Origin: Phyllosticta citribraziliensis | Taxonomy: Eukaryota | Length of the DNA stretch: 64,000 nt | Assembly (NCBI RefSeq): GCF_038025025.1 | Contig: NW_027117345.1 | Span: 1,116,001 to 1,180,000, forward strand | Direction of reading: 5' to 3' | Shown here: positions 37,780 through 49,515 of the stretch, one piece after another | How positions within the stretch are numbered: position 1 is the first letter of the stretch | How the letters are laid out: each line of letters opens with the position of its first letter | Translations under genes and position numbers: made by a program | The notes under the pieces: generated by a model | The model's database searches: none | The model's input: the letters and a program-made list of their open reading frames with translations, nothing else | What the model was told of the DNA's origin: nothing

Positions 37780-39094
37780 AAGGTAGAGACGCCCTGGCTG
37801 GTCTGGTGCGATCAGCGACCACCGACCAACCTACAACGTCGGCTGCCAAGGGCAACGCGCGTATGTGTGTATCATTATCATCGTTGGTGTGCTCGTCCGC
37901 TGCATTTGGCTATGGCGACATTTGGTGACCAAATGGTCTTTTGTGTACATTCAGACATACCTGACCTACACACGCACCGCACCGCCCTGCCCTGTCTATC
38001 AGTCGTTTCCTGTCTCCACACCACCTCAGTGATGACCTCTTTGCACTCCTCCTCCAGTGCATGCGAAAAATCCGTGCGATGACGAGCAGACTCGCATCAA
38101 CGTCGATGCAGCGGAAAAGAACCGGCAGAGCGGGAAATGGCGATCAACATGTGCGAAAAAGTATGCGGGGCGCGCAGGCGAGCAGTCAAGCGTCCGATGA
38201 TGTAGGCCGTCGGGTTGACGAGTCGCGTCGCATCGCGTCGCGTCGGCCTGCAGAATGCGCTCCATGCTGCTCGCTGTTCTCGTCTCACCCGTTCTGATGC
38301 GTGGTCTCTACGTCTTGGTGAGTGAAGCTTCAGGCGGCTGTGAGCCGCGGGCCAGCGAGTGAGATTGGGTTGCCAACAGGCGGGCGGGCGGGCGGACCGC
38401 TCCTCCGTCCATCGTCGGGTCAAATCATGATTTATTACTTGGTCAAGTGACCACTGATTGATTGGACAAGCACGACACATATTGGGAGCAAGAAAACTTG
38501 TGGAATATAGTTTGATTTTTTACCTACGTTAGCTGGCTGGAACTGTAGGTTCTCCGTCTTGGTCTTCTGTCTGTTCAGAGAGCATTACTTTTTTTTTTCC
38601 TGCGCTTTCTCACCCAGTGAAAAGAAGCGCATGGTGAGCGGCGGCGGCGATGTAAGCGCGGCGTGGTAGAGGTCGGACGCCGAGCAAGCGAGCAACTGAA
38701 AGGGCGAGCGTTGCTTCTTCCGCGTGCGCCTCGAGGGGAAGAGATACTAAAGTACATGCACGCGCAGGGGTCGATGCTTTCATGGGATGGGAAAAGGGGA
38801 AGAGGGGCAGCACCACCGAAAAAGCAAAGAAAGAAAAAAGGAGATCGATCAGGGCAAACTCCATCCAAGCAATACCGGAACGTCCTCCAAAGTACCCATA
38901 GGCCATTGTTGCTCGTCGGCCAGGCCCAGTCCAATAACGCCAGGTTCAAAATAGATTGCAAAGCTCGAGATCGGATTGAAGCAAGAGGCATTGGAAATGT
39001 GACGGGCAAAAGTGTCGTGAGAAAATCGTGTTGAATCGTCTTCAGAGCGAGTTGAAAGCAAGCCGCCGTGAGCGAGCTTCGGCCCAAGAGAGGC

Positions 39095-40132
39095 TCACAT
39101 CTCCATTGCAGTGTCGACCATCTGGGTTTGTCGCTGGACAGCGGGAGCATCGATACTCATCTCGGCGTTGATGGGAGCCGAAGAGGCTGGCGAAGAGACG
39201 GGAGAGGCCGAGAGATCGCGCGCATTGACCACATCGCTTTCGAAGACGATTGGGTGCTGGGTGAGGTTGCGGACAACGCCCTCGAGCGACGTGCTGATGA
39301 GCCGACAAGACCGCAAGTCCTGACTGAAGAGAAAGAATTTTTCCAGCTCGTCGGCGTCGTCGCAGGCGAAGACGAGGAAAGCGTCGTGAGCCTCACTCTC
39401 GTGGAGGAGCTGCGGGCGAGACAGAGGATAATGCCTGCTGATGAATCTGGCCCAGCCGCGAGCGCCTTCTTGCTTTGCTGGGTTGAAGACAATCTCCTTC
39501 CAGCCAATGCCGAGGGCCATCGTGAGGTCGTGAATGGTATGGCCTGCGTCGTCAATGCGCATGGTGGTCGCCTTGTACGCAAGCGAAGACTGGTCGATGC
39601 CGCCAGGAGCGGACTGAAGCGTGCTCACGGGCTTGACGGCGGGTGAGACGGATGCAGCGTTGATGATGCTGTCGGTGCGTTGCGACTTGCGTGAGGCGGC
39701 AATGGGTCGCTCGGCGGGCTTGTTGGCTTCTTGGACTTCGTTTTTGGCTTCAGCCCAAGTTCCCGTCTGAGATTCGGCGGCGAGGGAGAAGCCGGGCTCG
39801 CCAGGGTAGATGAGCGTCATACCAGGTCCCATGATGGGTTCCGGCTTGGGCTTGGTGATGACCCTGGAGCCGTCTGCCGAAGCTTCATCCGCGAGGGAGT
39901 CGACATCATCGAGCGAGCGTTTGCGGCCAGCGATGGCATGGCTGGGAGCGGCTTGGTAGTTGAGCGATGGAGGCGTAGGGTACTTTGGAGTCCGTCTGGG
40001 CTTGCTGGAGGAGCCGGGAGTCGGAAGGGCGGAGTAGTGCTGCGCGTTGAAGCGCTGCTCTATGGGATATGTTGGGGGCTGCTGAGGCGGCAGAACCACC
40101 GTGGGCGAAGAGGCGTAGTAGTTGAGACCCAT
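39095..40132 (-). CDS. Hypothetical fungal protein (345 aa)
   Basis: ATG-initiated intronless ORF with coding-like codon bias; basic patch AGRKRS; ordered blocks GPGMTLIYP, AESQTGTW and ALGIGW. Confidence 0.85.
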   Translation of the reverse strand: MGLNYYASSPTVVLPPQQPPTYPIEQRFNAQHYSALPTPGSSSKPRRTPKYPTPPSLNYQAAPSHAIAGRKRSLDDVDSLADEASADGSRVITKPKPEPIMGPGMTLIYPGEPGFSLAAESQTGTWAEAKNEVQEANKPAERPIAASRKSQRTDSIINAASVSPAVKPVSTLQSAPGGIDQSSLAYKATTMRIDDAGHTIHDLTMALGIGWKEIVFNPAKQEGARGWARFISRHYPLSRPQLLHESEAHDAFLVFACDDADELEKFFLFSQDLRSCRLISTSLEGVVRNLTQHPIVFESDVVNARDLSASPVSSPASSAPINAEMSIDAPAVQRQTQMVDTAMEM

Positions 40133-41695
40133 GACGGCTGTGTGTTTAGTAGGTCAAGCAAGAGCAAGAGAAATTGAGATACTGGTCAATTGTTCAGATG
40201 GGTCACGCGCAAGAGGTCGAGACGCGCTGAAGCCGGGCCAAGTGAAGCGCGTCCGGACGCGGTAGTCGAAGGTGAAGGGCGGTAGGAAGGCGGTAGGTTG
40301 TGGGTGGAGGTAGGCGATGAGGTAAAAGTGACGAGAGAAGGGTTGATAGAGGTGGACGAGGATGAGAGAGGCGGACGCGGGTTGGCGAGATAAAAAAGTA
40401 ACACGGCGAGCAAAGAGCTTGAGGGTGAAGGGTGAGGGTAGATGAAAGAGACGAGGACGGCGGACGGGAAGAGCGAGCTTTTGAAGATGGTCGGCTGAGC
40501 ATTCTGACCCCGGAACCTGGGTTGTCGTTTGTGGTTAGACTGCATTGTTGCATACCTTGGTAAGCGCTAAAAACCTGTCGAAACGTTTGCTTTGTCCGAA
40601 TCTAGCCCGATGCAGAGTTTTACCCCTGTCGGTCCGTAATGAATCGGGGGTTTTGTCTTGGAGGTGCTCGAGCCACTTGGTGGTCTGGTCTCTCTGGCCT
40701 CACCCTGCTTTTTCCCGCCATTTCGCCGACGCCTGCTTAGTCACGTCCACCCCCGCCACCCCGGACGCTGCTACGTCACGTGTGACGGCATCAATGGCCC
40801 CCGAGCTGCAAGTCCGCGGCGCCCGCCTTGCCTTCATCTTGTTGGAGACCCGGTCCCTCTCTCAAACCATCACTGCCCAATCCGCGAGGCCAAGCCCTCG
40901 GATCCTGCTTGTCCCTGTCCGTGTCTCGACCTCAACCACCGCTGTCCGCATCGTGGCTGGATGCCTTGTCCGACGATGCCATCGACACTAGCAATCGCTG
41001 CCTCACCGCTTGATGTTGGGCATGTCGACGGTGATTGACCATCAATCAACAACGTCGCCTCCTTAGCTGCCGTTCAGACCGTTGCGCCAGGGGGCTTGAT
41101 CAAAACGGGACAAGACGGTTTAGTGCGAGCAATAGATCCGACTCCCTCGGTTTGACACAATAAGCAGGCCTTGCGAGGGACGCTCATGCACTACATACCC
41201 GGATGTCCAGCGCCCAGTCCCTTGAATACCAGCCCACCGCCTTCTGCTTGAACATAGACTGGATGTTTTGTTGTTGGCGTGCAGAATGAATACGTACTGC
41301 AAGAGCCGCAGGGTTGGAGGCAAGGAGAGAAAAGGTGCAATCCGCCCGACAAGATTCTAGGTTTTGGGGTGCCGTCAGCCATAGGCAGTCTTCGATACGC
41401 GTCGGCCTGGAAGAGAATACATGTAGTCTCCATCAACCCGTCACCTCACAAATGAAGCAAAGATTGCACTCGAGGTGTTGGTGGGCGTTGCGAGATATCC
41501 ACACGTGACTCCCCCGCGAGCTGGCGCCCGGGCTCCGAATGCTTGGCGTGTTTGTGCATTTTGTCGGGGGCTCGGAAAATCGTCGCGCCAAAACGCGCTG
41601 CTCCAAGTCCGCGAAAGCCAGCAACTTGACCCTATTGCCCCTCTGCCCCGCCAAAAGAAAGGAGTTCCCACCGAGCATCAACACACCAAGCAAAG

Positions 41696-43528
41696 ATGCA
41701 GGCCCCCGTGGTGGTTATGAGTACGTCTCGCCCTGCGTTCCGCTGCCCTGAAGCTAACACAAGCTCCGCCAGATACCCAAACTGGAGGGGAGAGACAGAC
41801 TGGCCGCAAAGCACAGCTCTCCAACATCACCGCCGCAAAGACGTGAGTCCGCCGTCCAAGGCCTCGCTCAATCCAGCTAATCGCCCTCAGCGTCGCCGAC
41901 ATTATCCGATCATGTCTCGGTCCCAAGGCCATGCTGAAGATGCTCCTCGACCCCATGGGCGGTATTGTCCTCACCAACGATGGCCACGCCATTTTGAGAG
42001 AAATCGAAGTCGCTCATCCCGCCGCAAAGAGCATGATTGAGCTCAGCAGAACCCAAGATGAGGAGGTTGGCGACGGCACCACCAGCGTCATCATATTAGG
42101 TTCGTCGACCCTTGGTTTGACTTCAGGGGAGCTACACTGACGCCGACACAATCGCAGCCGGTGAGATGCTGGCGCAGTCTCTTCCCCAACTCGAGCGCAA
42201 CATCCATCCCGTTGTCATAATAAGCGCCTTCAAGCGCGCCCTCACCGACGCCATCGCCATCATCGAAGAGATTTCGTTACCAGTTGACGTCAACGACGAC
42301 AAGGCCATGTACTCGCTCATTTCCTCGTCGATTGGCACCAAGTTTGTCTCGAGGTGGTCCGAGTTGATGTGCACCCTGGCCCTGCAGGCCGTGCGGACAG
42401 TTTCGTTTGACGCTGGTGGCGGAAAGCGGGAGGTTGACATCAAGAGATACGCCAGAGTGGAAAAGATTCCTGGCGGCGAGATTGAGGAGAGCAGGGTTCT
42501 GGACGGCGTCATGCTGAACAAGGACATTACCCACCCCAAGATGAGGAGGCGGATCGAGAACCCCAGGATCATTCTCCTCGACTGCCCCCTGGAGTACAAG
42601 AAGGGCGAGTCGCAGACAAACATTGAAATCACCAAGGAGGAGGACTGGAACAGGATACTGCAGATTGAGGAGGAGCAGGTCAAGGCCATGTGCGAAGCCA
42701 TTGTCGCAGTCAAGCCCGACCTGGTCATTACGGAGAAGGGAGTCAGCGGTAAGTGCCCCCTCCAACGATTGAGCCATGATTCTAACTGCTGCAGATCTCG
42801 CTCAACACTTCCTTGTCAAGAACAACATCACTGCTCTGCGCCGTGTTCGCAAGACAGACAACAACCGTATCGCCCGCGCAACCGGCGCTACCATCGTCAA
42901 CAACGTCCAATCCCTCCAGGCCTCGGATGTTGGAACACAGTGTGGCCTGTTTGAAATCTCCAAGATTGGTGACGAGTACTTTACGTTCCTCACGGCTTGC
43001 AAGGACCCCAAGGCTTGCACCATCCTGCTGCGTGGTCCCTCCAAGGATATTCTGAACGAGGTTGAGCGCAACTTGCAAGACGCCATGGGCGTTGCGCGCA
43101 ATGTCGTCTGGAACCCTCGCCTCTGCCCTGGTGGTGGTGCAACCGAGATGGCCGTCGCTGTTGCCCTGGAGAAGAAGGCCAAGTCTGTCGAGGGTGTTGC
43201 CCAATGGCCGTACCGCGCCGTCGCCGAGGCCATGGAGGTCATTCCCCGCACGCTCATCCAAAACGCAGGTTCATCGCCCATCAGGGTGTTGACACAACTT
43301 CGGGCCAAGCATGCTGACCAGGCCACTGGTAGCAGCTGGGGTATTGATGGCGATGGTGGAAAGATTGTCGACATGAAGGAGTATGGCGTCTGGGAGCCTA
43401 TGGCTGTCAAGGAGCAGAGCGTCAAGACGGCCATTGAGAGCGCCTGTCTCTTGTTGAGGGTGGACGACATTGTCGCCGCCAAGGCGGCCAAGCAGCCCAG
43501 CGGCCCCATCGGTCAAGGTGGTGAGTAG
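41696..43528 (+). CDS. cct3: Chaperonin CCT/TRiC gamma subunit, 5 exons
   Basis: MQAPVVVM, LTNDGHAILRE, VGDGTTSV, RVEKIPGG, GGGATEM and LLLRVDDIV. Introns 41721-41772, 41843-41890, 42100-42157 and 42749-42794. Confidence 0.98.
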
Positions 43529-44115
43529 ACACAAAATGGGTACTAGGTGTACAAAAGAAACATATCTGGCGTCAGAGGTTGCATGATGGTCAGGGAAACT
43601 CTTTAATGTAGCATAGACGGGTGCGTCCAAGAAATCAAACGTCGGAGACACACGCGTGCAACAAGCAAACCTCTACAGGACTGGGTCATTGATCGTGTAC
43701 AACAGAGGCCCTTTGGCAAAGGTTTCGGCTTGAAAGGTTCAGGTTGACATTACGATTAAAAGCTAGATACAAGAGGAAGCAACTAAAGACTCCTATGGCT
43801 TTTGCTCAACATGACATGTCAGAGCAGACGCCCACGCAGTAGGTGTGAAAGACGAGGCGCTGTAGTGAACGACAGCCCGACATTGTAAGATATCTTCGAG
43901 CTAAAGCGCCCTAGATGCAGCAGCAGAGCCAAAGCATATCATTTCTTCCGACACCCACTGGAGCCCCTCATCCGTACTCGTAAAGATCGTGACACGGCTC
44001 GCAAGTGTCTTGAAACGAACGTCGCCGCTGCTCGCCGCGGACAACAACCACCACTCCCGCCAACTGCGACGACGTGAATTCCCTGGCCGTTTCGGTTGCA
44101 CATACCAGGGACCCC

Positions 44116-46215
44116 TCAATCACTCGTCTTTTCGTCCTTTGGGATGGCCGCTTCCGCTTGCTCGACGTCGTCGCTGCTGCGGCTCGACAGCGACGCCGTG
44201 TGCTCGAGCTGCTTGGCCGCCGACGTGTTGTGCAGCCTATCCGACATGAAGATGAGATCGACCTCCTCGAGCGTGCGCCCGCGCGTCTCGGGGCAGCAAA
44301 AGTAGACTGGTGAACAGGACCGCCGTCAGCGATTCATCTCACAACACATTGGCTTTTCGCCATGCATGTTCAGAGGGAGGGAGCATTTGTCTTACCGTAC
44401 GGCCCGGCAATAATGTTAAATACCAGAAACCAGATCCACGTCTTCCAGCCAACGCTGGTGTCGGCGATGGCGATGGGACCCGCGAAGGTCGTCAAAAAGG
44501 CACTGAGCCACTGCGCGCTGACCGAGAGCGCGAAGCCGATGTGGCGGTACCGCAGCGGCATCACCTCAGAGGCGTATACGTACGGCACTGGGCCCCAAGT
44601 CGGGCCAAAGACCTGTGATCAGGAGAAGTCGTCAGTCGCCTGCTTCTGATTTCGTCCGCGCTCTGGATGGAAAGGGGTCTTACAGCGATCCAGCCAAACA
44701 GCATCGACGCGGCTGCGGCGCCCGTTTTGGCTCCCGGTGACGACATGAGACCCGTGAAAATCGCCATGAACAGCGTCTGGCCAATCGCACCGGCTGCTCC
44801 TCGTCAATAAAACTCTCCAGGGGATCAAAGCCGTTTTCTTGCGACTCACCAATCAACCAAGTGCGGCGACCAAACTTCTCCATAAACGTCACGCCCAAGA
44901 AATTCGTAATGGTCAAAACCGTCGTAGCAACAGCCGACATCGCCGACGCCACCTTAGCCGGCAAGCCAATATACGACTGAAAAATCGTCGACAGGTAATA
45001 GTAAATCATGTCGGTGCCAATCATGTAGCCGATGCCCACCAGAATCACGCCCGTCCGGATGCGCCGCGCAGCCTGCAGGTCCGACGTGTCGTAGAAAAAG
45101 TCCTTGAGGCGCAGCTCCGCCGTCGCGACCTTTTCCAGCTCAATCGAGGCTAATATGTCGCTCTTGGAGCGCGCGACGTCGCGGTCGGCCAGCGGTTTGG
45201 CGTACAGGCGTGCCAGCGTGGCGTCGCCCTCGGCTTCCTGCGAGGTCGCGTAGTAGTAGCGCGGTGTGTCGGGGTTGGGAAGAAGGAAGGCGATGGTGAC
45301 GAGAGACCATAGGACTTGGAAGGCGACGGGGAAGCGCCAAACGGCTTGCCCGCTGGCAAATGTCATGCCGAAGTCACTGAAGATGGCGTTAGCTGCGTTG
45401 CCATCTGCGGCGTGTTGGAGGTTGACTTACACCCAGTACGCCAGAGCGATGCCGCCGGCGGCGCTGCAAATCATCAGGTTCACGGCGGCACCGCGTTTGG
45501 GGACGCTGATGGCCATTTCCGCCACGTAGACTGGAATCAAGGAGGTGCAGAAGCCGTTGCCAACTCCCTAGTCTGCTGTCAGCTTTCATCCTGGATATTG
45601 ACCCTTGTGAAAGAGATCAGTGTCCGTGAAGACAATAGAGAAGGGGCAGAAAGGGCCCGAGCCTTGCTGCCAGAGGTCACGAGGCGTACGAAATGAATCC
45701 TCTCTGGGAGCTAGGATTTTCATGTCCAACCGTTGTCGAGAAATTCGATTTTGTCGTTCGTACCATGCCTTTTGGCAACAAGCCAGTCTTGCGAAACCTG
45801 CGAAAAGAAATCGAGACAAGGTGCGAGACTTACGATGAAAACGCGACCTGCAATCAATTGACCATAGCTGTAGCTGGTCGCGGATATGATGGTTCCGATG
45901 ATCTGGACAACTTCTCCAGCGATGATCCAGTTCTTCCTACCCATCTTCATGCCAAAGATAGTGATGATGATGCATCCCAGCCATGACGCCAACAGGAATG
46001 CCGACGTAATCATGGAAGTGATGGTGGTGTTGGGATACTGCAACTATTAGTTTTGGCCATGCTGTAGACAGTTTGGGACGTACGCCAACGGCCTCCAGGA
46101 AGGATGGCGTTTGCAGTACACCACCGAGAACCCCAGCGTCCCAGCCAAAGGTGACAAATCCCAGGGCTCCTGCAGTGACCGCATTCCGGTAAAGGGCATT
46201 GCCTTCGAGAACCAT
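44116..46215 (-). CDS. MFS sugar porter (hexose/polyol transporter-like), multi-exon
   Basis: FGWDAGVLGG, MGRK, LIAGRV, PVYVAEM, WRFPVAFQ, PDTPR, GRR, YASEVMPLRYR and PETRGRTLEEVD; at least 5 introns, including a long one at 45568-45833. Confidence 0.93.
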
Positions 46216-47741
46216 CTTGACCAAGCAAGAACAACAAGGGGAAGATGCGACTGGAAACTTCGAGCGAAACAACAGGAGACAGCAGGCCGGCGCCTGTCAC
46301 CAAATATGAACGGCTAGGACACCATGACTATCGTCCTTCAGGTACCGACAGCCTGTCATGCAGGCATCTTGAGAAATTTTCCGTTTCGCCCACCAGCTAT
46401 GGGGATACCTCAAGTCAAACGAGCAGGAGATCGCCACCTTCACTTTGCGCCGCAATATTGTGAACGGCTTTCCTCGACATCCAGGCCCTATTCGGAAGCC
46501 TTTCCGACATCTTTCAAAAGATTTGGGACATTCTGCTCAATTTCTGGAGGCGAGACACGTGGAGGACCACAATCTGGAAGTACGCCGTCGTACGACTGAC
46601 TTGCTTGCACGACTCGCTGGGGCAGGGTCGTCGGCTCGAAGCCATGTGGTAAACGACCTACCCTTTTGCAGTACAGCGATGAGAAGACGAGTACAAGATC
46701 CGCAGCAGCCACCGACTGTCGGCTCCCAAGCTCTTTCATGACTGGCCAAGAGAGGACTGGTCGGTTGACATTGATACCCACTGCCCCCTATTGCTGTTTC
46801 CAGAAGCGTTCAGAGTGACTCGTGTGCTTTGTGAAGAGGACAAGGTGGAACGGCGACAAGGTGGAATCATTGGAGGTCACATCAAGGGTCATGTCGAGCA
46901 GCAACGGCACTCGCACATGTGTGTGGCTCGCCAGTGGACCAGCCGACGGGGACGTCGGGATGTGGTGGAGATGCAGGGACGTGGTCGAAACAAGGTTCAA
47001 GGGTTAGTTCGGGCCCAATGCCGCACGCGAATAATAGTGCAGACGACGCACAGTCCGGCTGGTCGTCTTCGTCCCCTCCAGGCCTCGAGCACAAACAACA
47101 CCATCCCGACCATGACAATGGGAAGTCGTCATTCCCCAGCTTGCCCGACGCGCGCAACCGACATTTGATCTTCCACTTCCTTACGGCGTGGAACTGGGCC
47201 TTATCCAGAGCGTTGGAAATACCGTTGCGGCACAGCAAATGCAACATGACGACTGGCGGATGGGGGCAAATGCTCCCGCGGCACAAAGTCCACCGTCGGC
47301 AACCATTCATGTGCACCTGCCATTTTCTTTGACAGCGCAGTTTGCAGCTTTTGCCTAAAAGATGGAGGCCCCCGATCCACATCACAAGCACCTGATTCAG
47401 TTTGCACCCGCAGACTGTCCCATCCCCACTCTGGAAACATTGGCGGCCGGGCGCCGTGTGGTACGTGCTGTCTCGACAGTTGATGCGTCCCTTTTGGACC
47501 AGACGACTGCTGATGATGGTCCAACAAAGGCCGTCGGAGCAATGAGCGCAAAATGTCCGACCCTTGCGCGGAGAAGGTCCATTTTTTGTAATGCGAGCAT
47601 CAGGAGCTCGTTGCTGAGCTGCACGAAACGCGTGGCTCGCCATTCGTCCTCGAGCTTTCCGAGACCCTTTTTATTATCAGAGTTGCGCGCGCGCAAAGAG
47701 AGCGCTGCAGCTTGTCTCCCTTGGACACCTAATCCGCTACA

Positions 47742-49515
47742 ATGGCGTCGTCTTCCCAGGAGCTCGTTGGCGGCTCTGGCATCATTTCCAAGCTGACCCT
47801 TGGAAATGTCATATTCCTGGGCCTTGCCTACCTGGCTTTCAAGCTGCTCTATCAGGTTGTGTACTACCGCTTTTTCCATCCTTTGGCCAAGTTCCCTGGC
47901 CCATTCTGGGGCTCCGTGACCAGATTATGGATCGCATACCACAACGTAGCCGAGGACGAGTGCCAGACGAACAAAGCCCTCCATGAGAAGTTTGGTAAGA
48001 GCTCCAGTACATATTCCAGGCGCAGGCTAACAGAAATCCAGGTCCTGTCATCCGCATCACCCCAACGATGTTGCTCGTCAGCGACGCAACCAAGCTCCCC
48101 GAAATTTACAACCGCAATGCCGACAAGTCGAAGCACTACATCACCGGTTCCTTTGGCAAGACGGAGAGTCTTTTCAACATGCAGGACCACAAGGTCCACT
48201 CGCGATTCCGCAAGATTGCGGCCGCGCCGTACAGCTTCAGCAACGTGAAGAAGATGGAGCCCTTGATTGACGCGCGGATGCACGACTGGATCAATAAGAT
48301 CGACAAGCTTTTTGCTCAGACCGGAGCCAAATTTGACTTTGCTCCTTGGGCAATGTAGGCGCTCCGAATGTGCGATTGAAGACGGAAGTTGACGAGTGAA
48401 CAGCTACATGGCTTATGACATCATTTCCGAGGTTGGTTTTGGCGCGCCGTTCGGTTTCATCGAGCAGGGCAAGGACGTCGAGGGTCTCATCCAAGGTTTC
48501 CACGATGGTTTGGTTCCATTTGGAATCATGGCGCGTCTTTACCCCTTCACCAACTGGGTTAAGAGCACCTGGGTTGGCGAAAAGTATCTCGTCGCGAGTC
48601 CTGAGCAAGAGTCTGGCATAGGCACGTTGATGCGCTTCCGAGACAAGCTCATTGAGCAGCGCTTCCGTGACATTGAAGAAGGAAAGTCATCTGGGCGTAT
48701 CGATCTGCTCCAAACGTAAGCGAACCAGTCCCAAAATACTGAGGCTTCGACTGACAAGAAGTCTAGATTCATCGAAGCCCGGGATGAGAACGGAAACCCG
48801 CTCGACTTGGACTACATTAAGGCCGAAATTCTTCTGGTCCTCCTCGCCGGTGCCGACACGACCGGAACGGCTTTCCAGGCCATGATGGTCCACATTATGG
48901 GATCGCCGCAGGTCTACGCCAAGCTCATGGAGGAACTGGACCGCGTAACTCGCGAGGGCAAGCTGTCGGATATGCCGCAGTACATGGAGGTGGTCGAGCA
49001 CTGCCCGTACTACGTCGCTTGTACGAAGGAGAGCATGCGCTTGAACCCGTCTGCCCCCAACATCTTCCCGCGGCTCGCCGGCCGCGGCGGCATGGAGCTC
49101 AACGGCAAATACGTCCCCGAGGGCACCGAGCTGACGTCGAACCCGTGGCTGGTTCACCGCGATCCCAACATCTTTGGCGCCGACGCCGATTCGTTCCGGC
49201 CCGAGCGCTGGTTGGAGAGCGAAGAGCGCGCCAAGGATATGAACAAGTACAGCATGGGCTTCGGGTACGGCACACGCGTCTGCCTGGGAAGGACCAGTAA
49301 GTGGCTACTCCAAACACTCAGAAGCGTCGAGATTCTGGCTGACATGACCTCTAGTCGCTGAAATGGAGCTCTACAAAGCCCCGTTGCAGTTCTTCCGCAC
49401 CTTCAAGCCGACCATTCTCAATCCGGAGCAGCCGGGCAAGTACCACGTCAAGGGTGGTGTTAGCTTCTTCTCCGACATGTGGATCAACATTGACCGCAGG
49501 CCACGGGCTGTTTGA
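47742..49515 (+). CDS. Cytochrome P450 monooxygenase (pisatin-demethylase-like group; substrate unknown), 5 exons
   Basis: N-terminal TM, HPLAKFPGP, I-helix AGADTT, ExxR (ESMR), FRPERW and heme motif FGYGTRVCLG. Introns about 47995-48041, 48354-48403, 48716-48767 and 49297-49354. Confidence 0.96.

Noticed and set aside
46882..47643. 253-aa minus-strand ORF between the transporter and the P450
   Set aside because: Random-like composition within a divergent promoter region.
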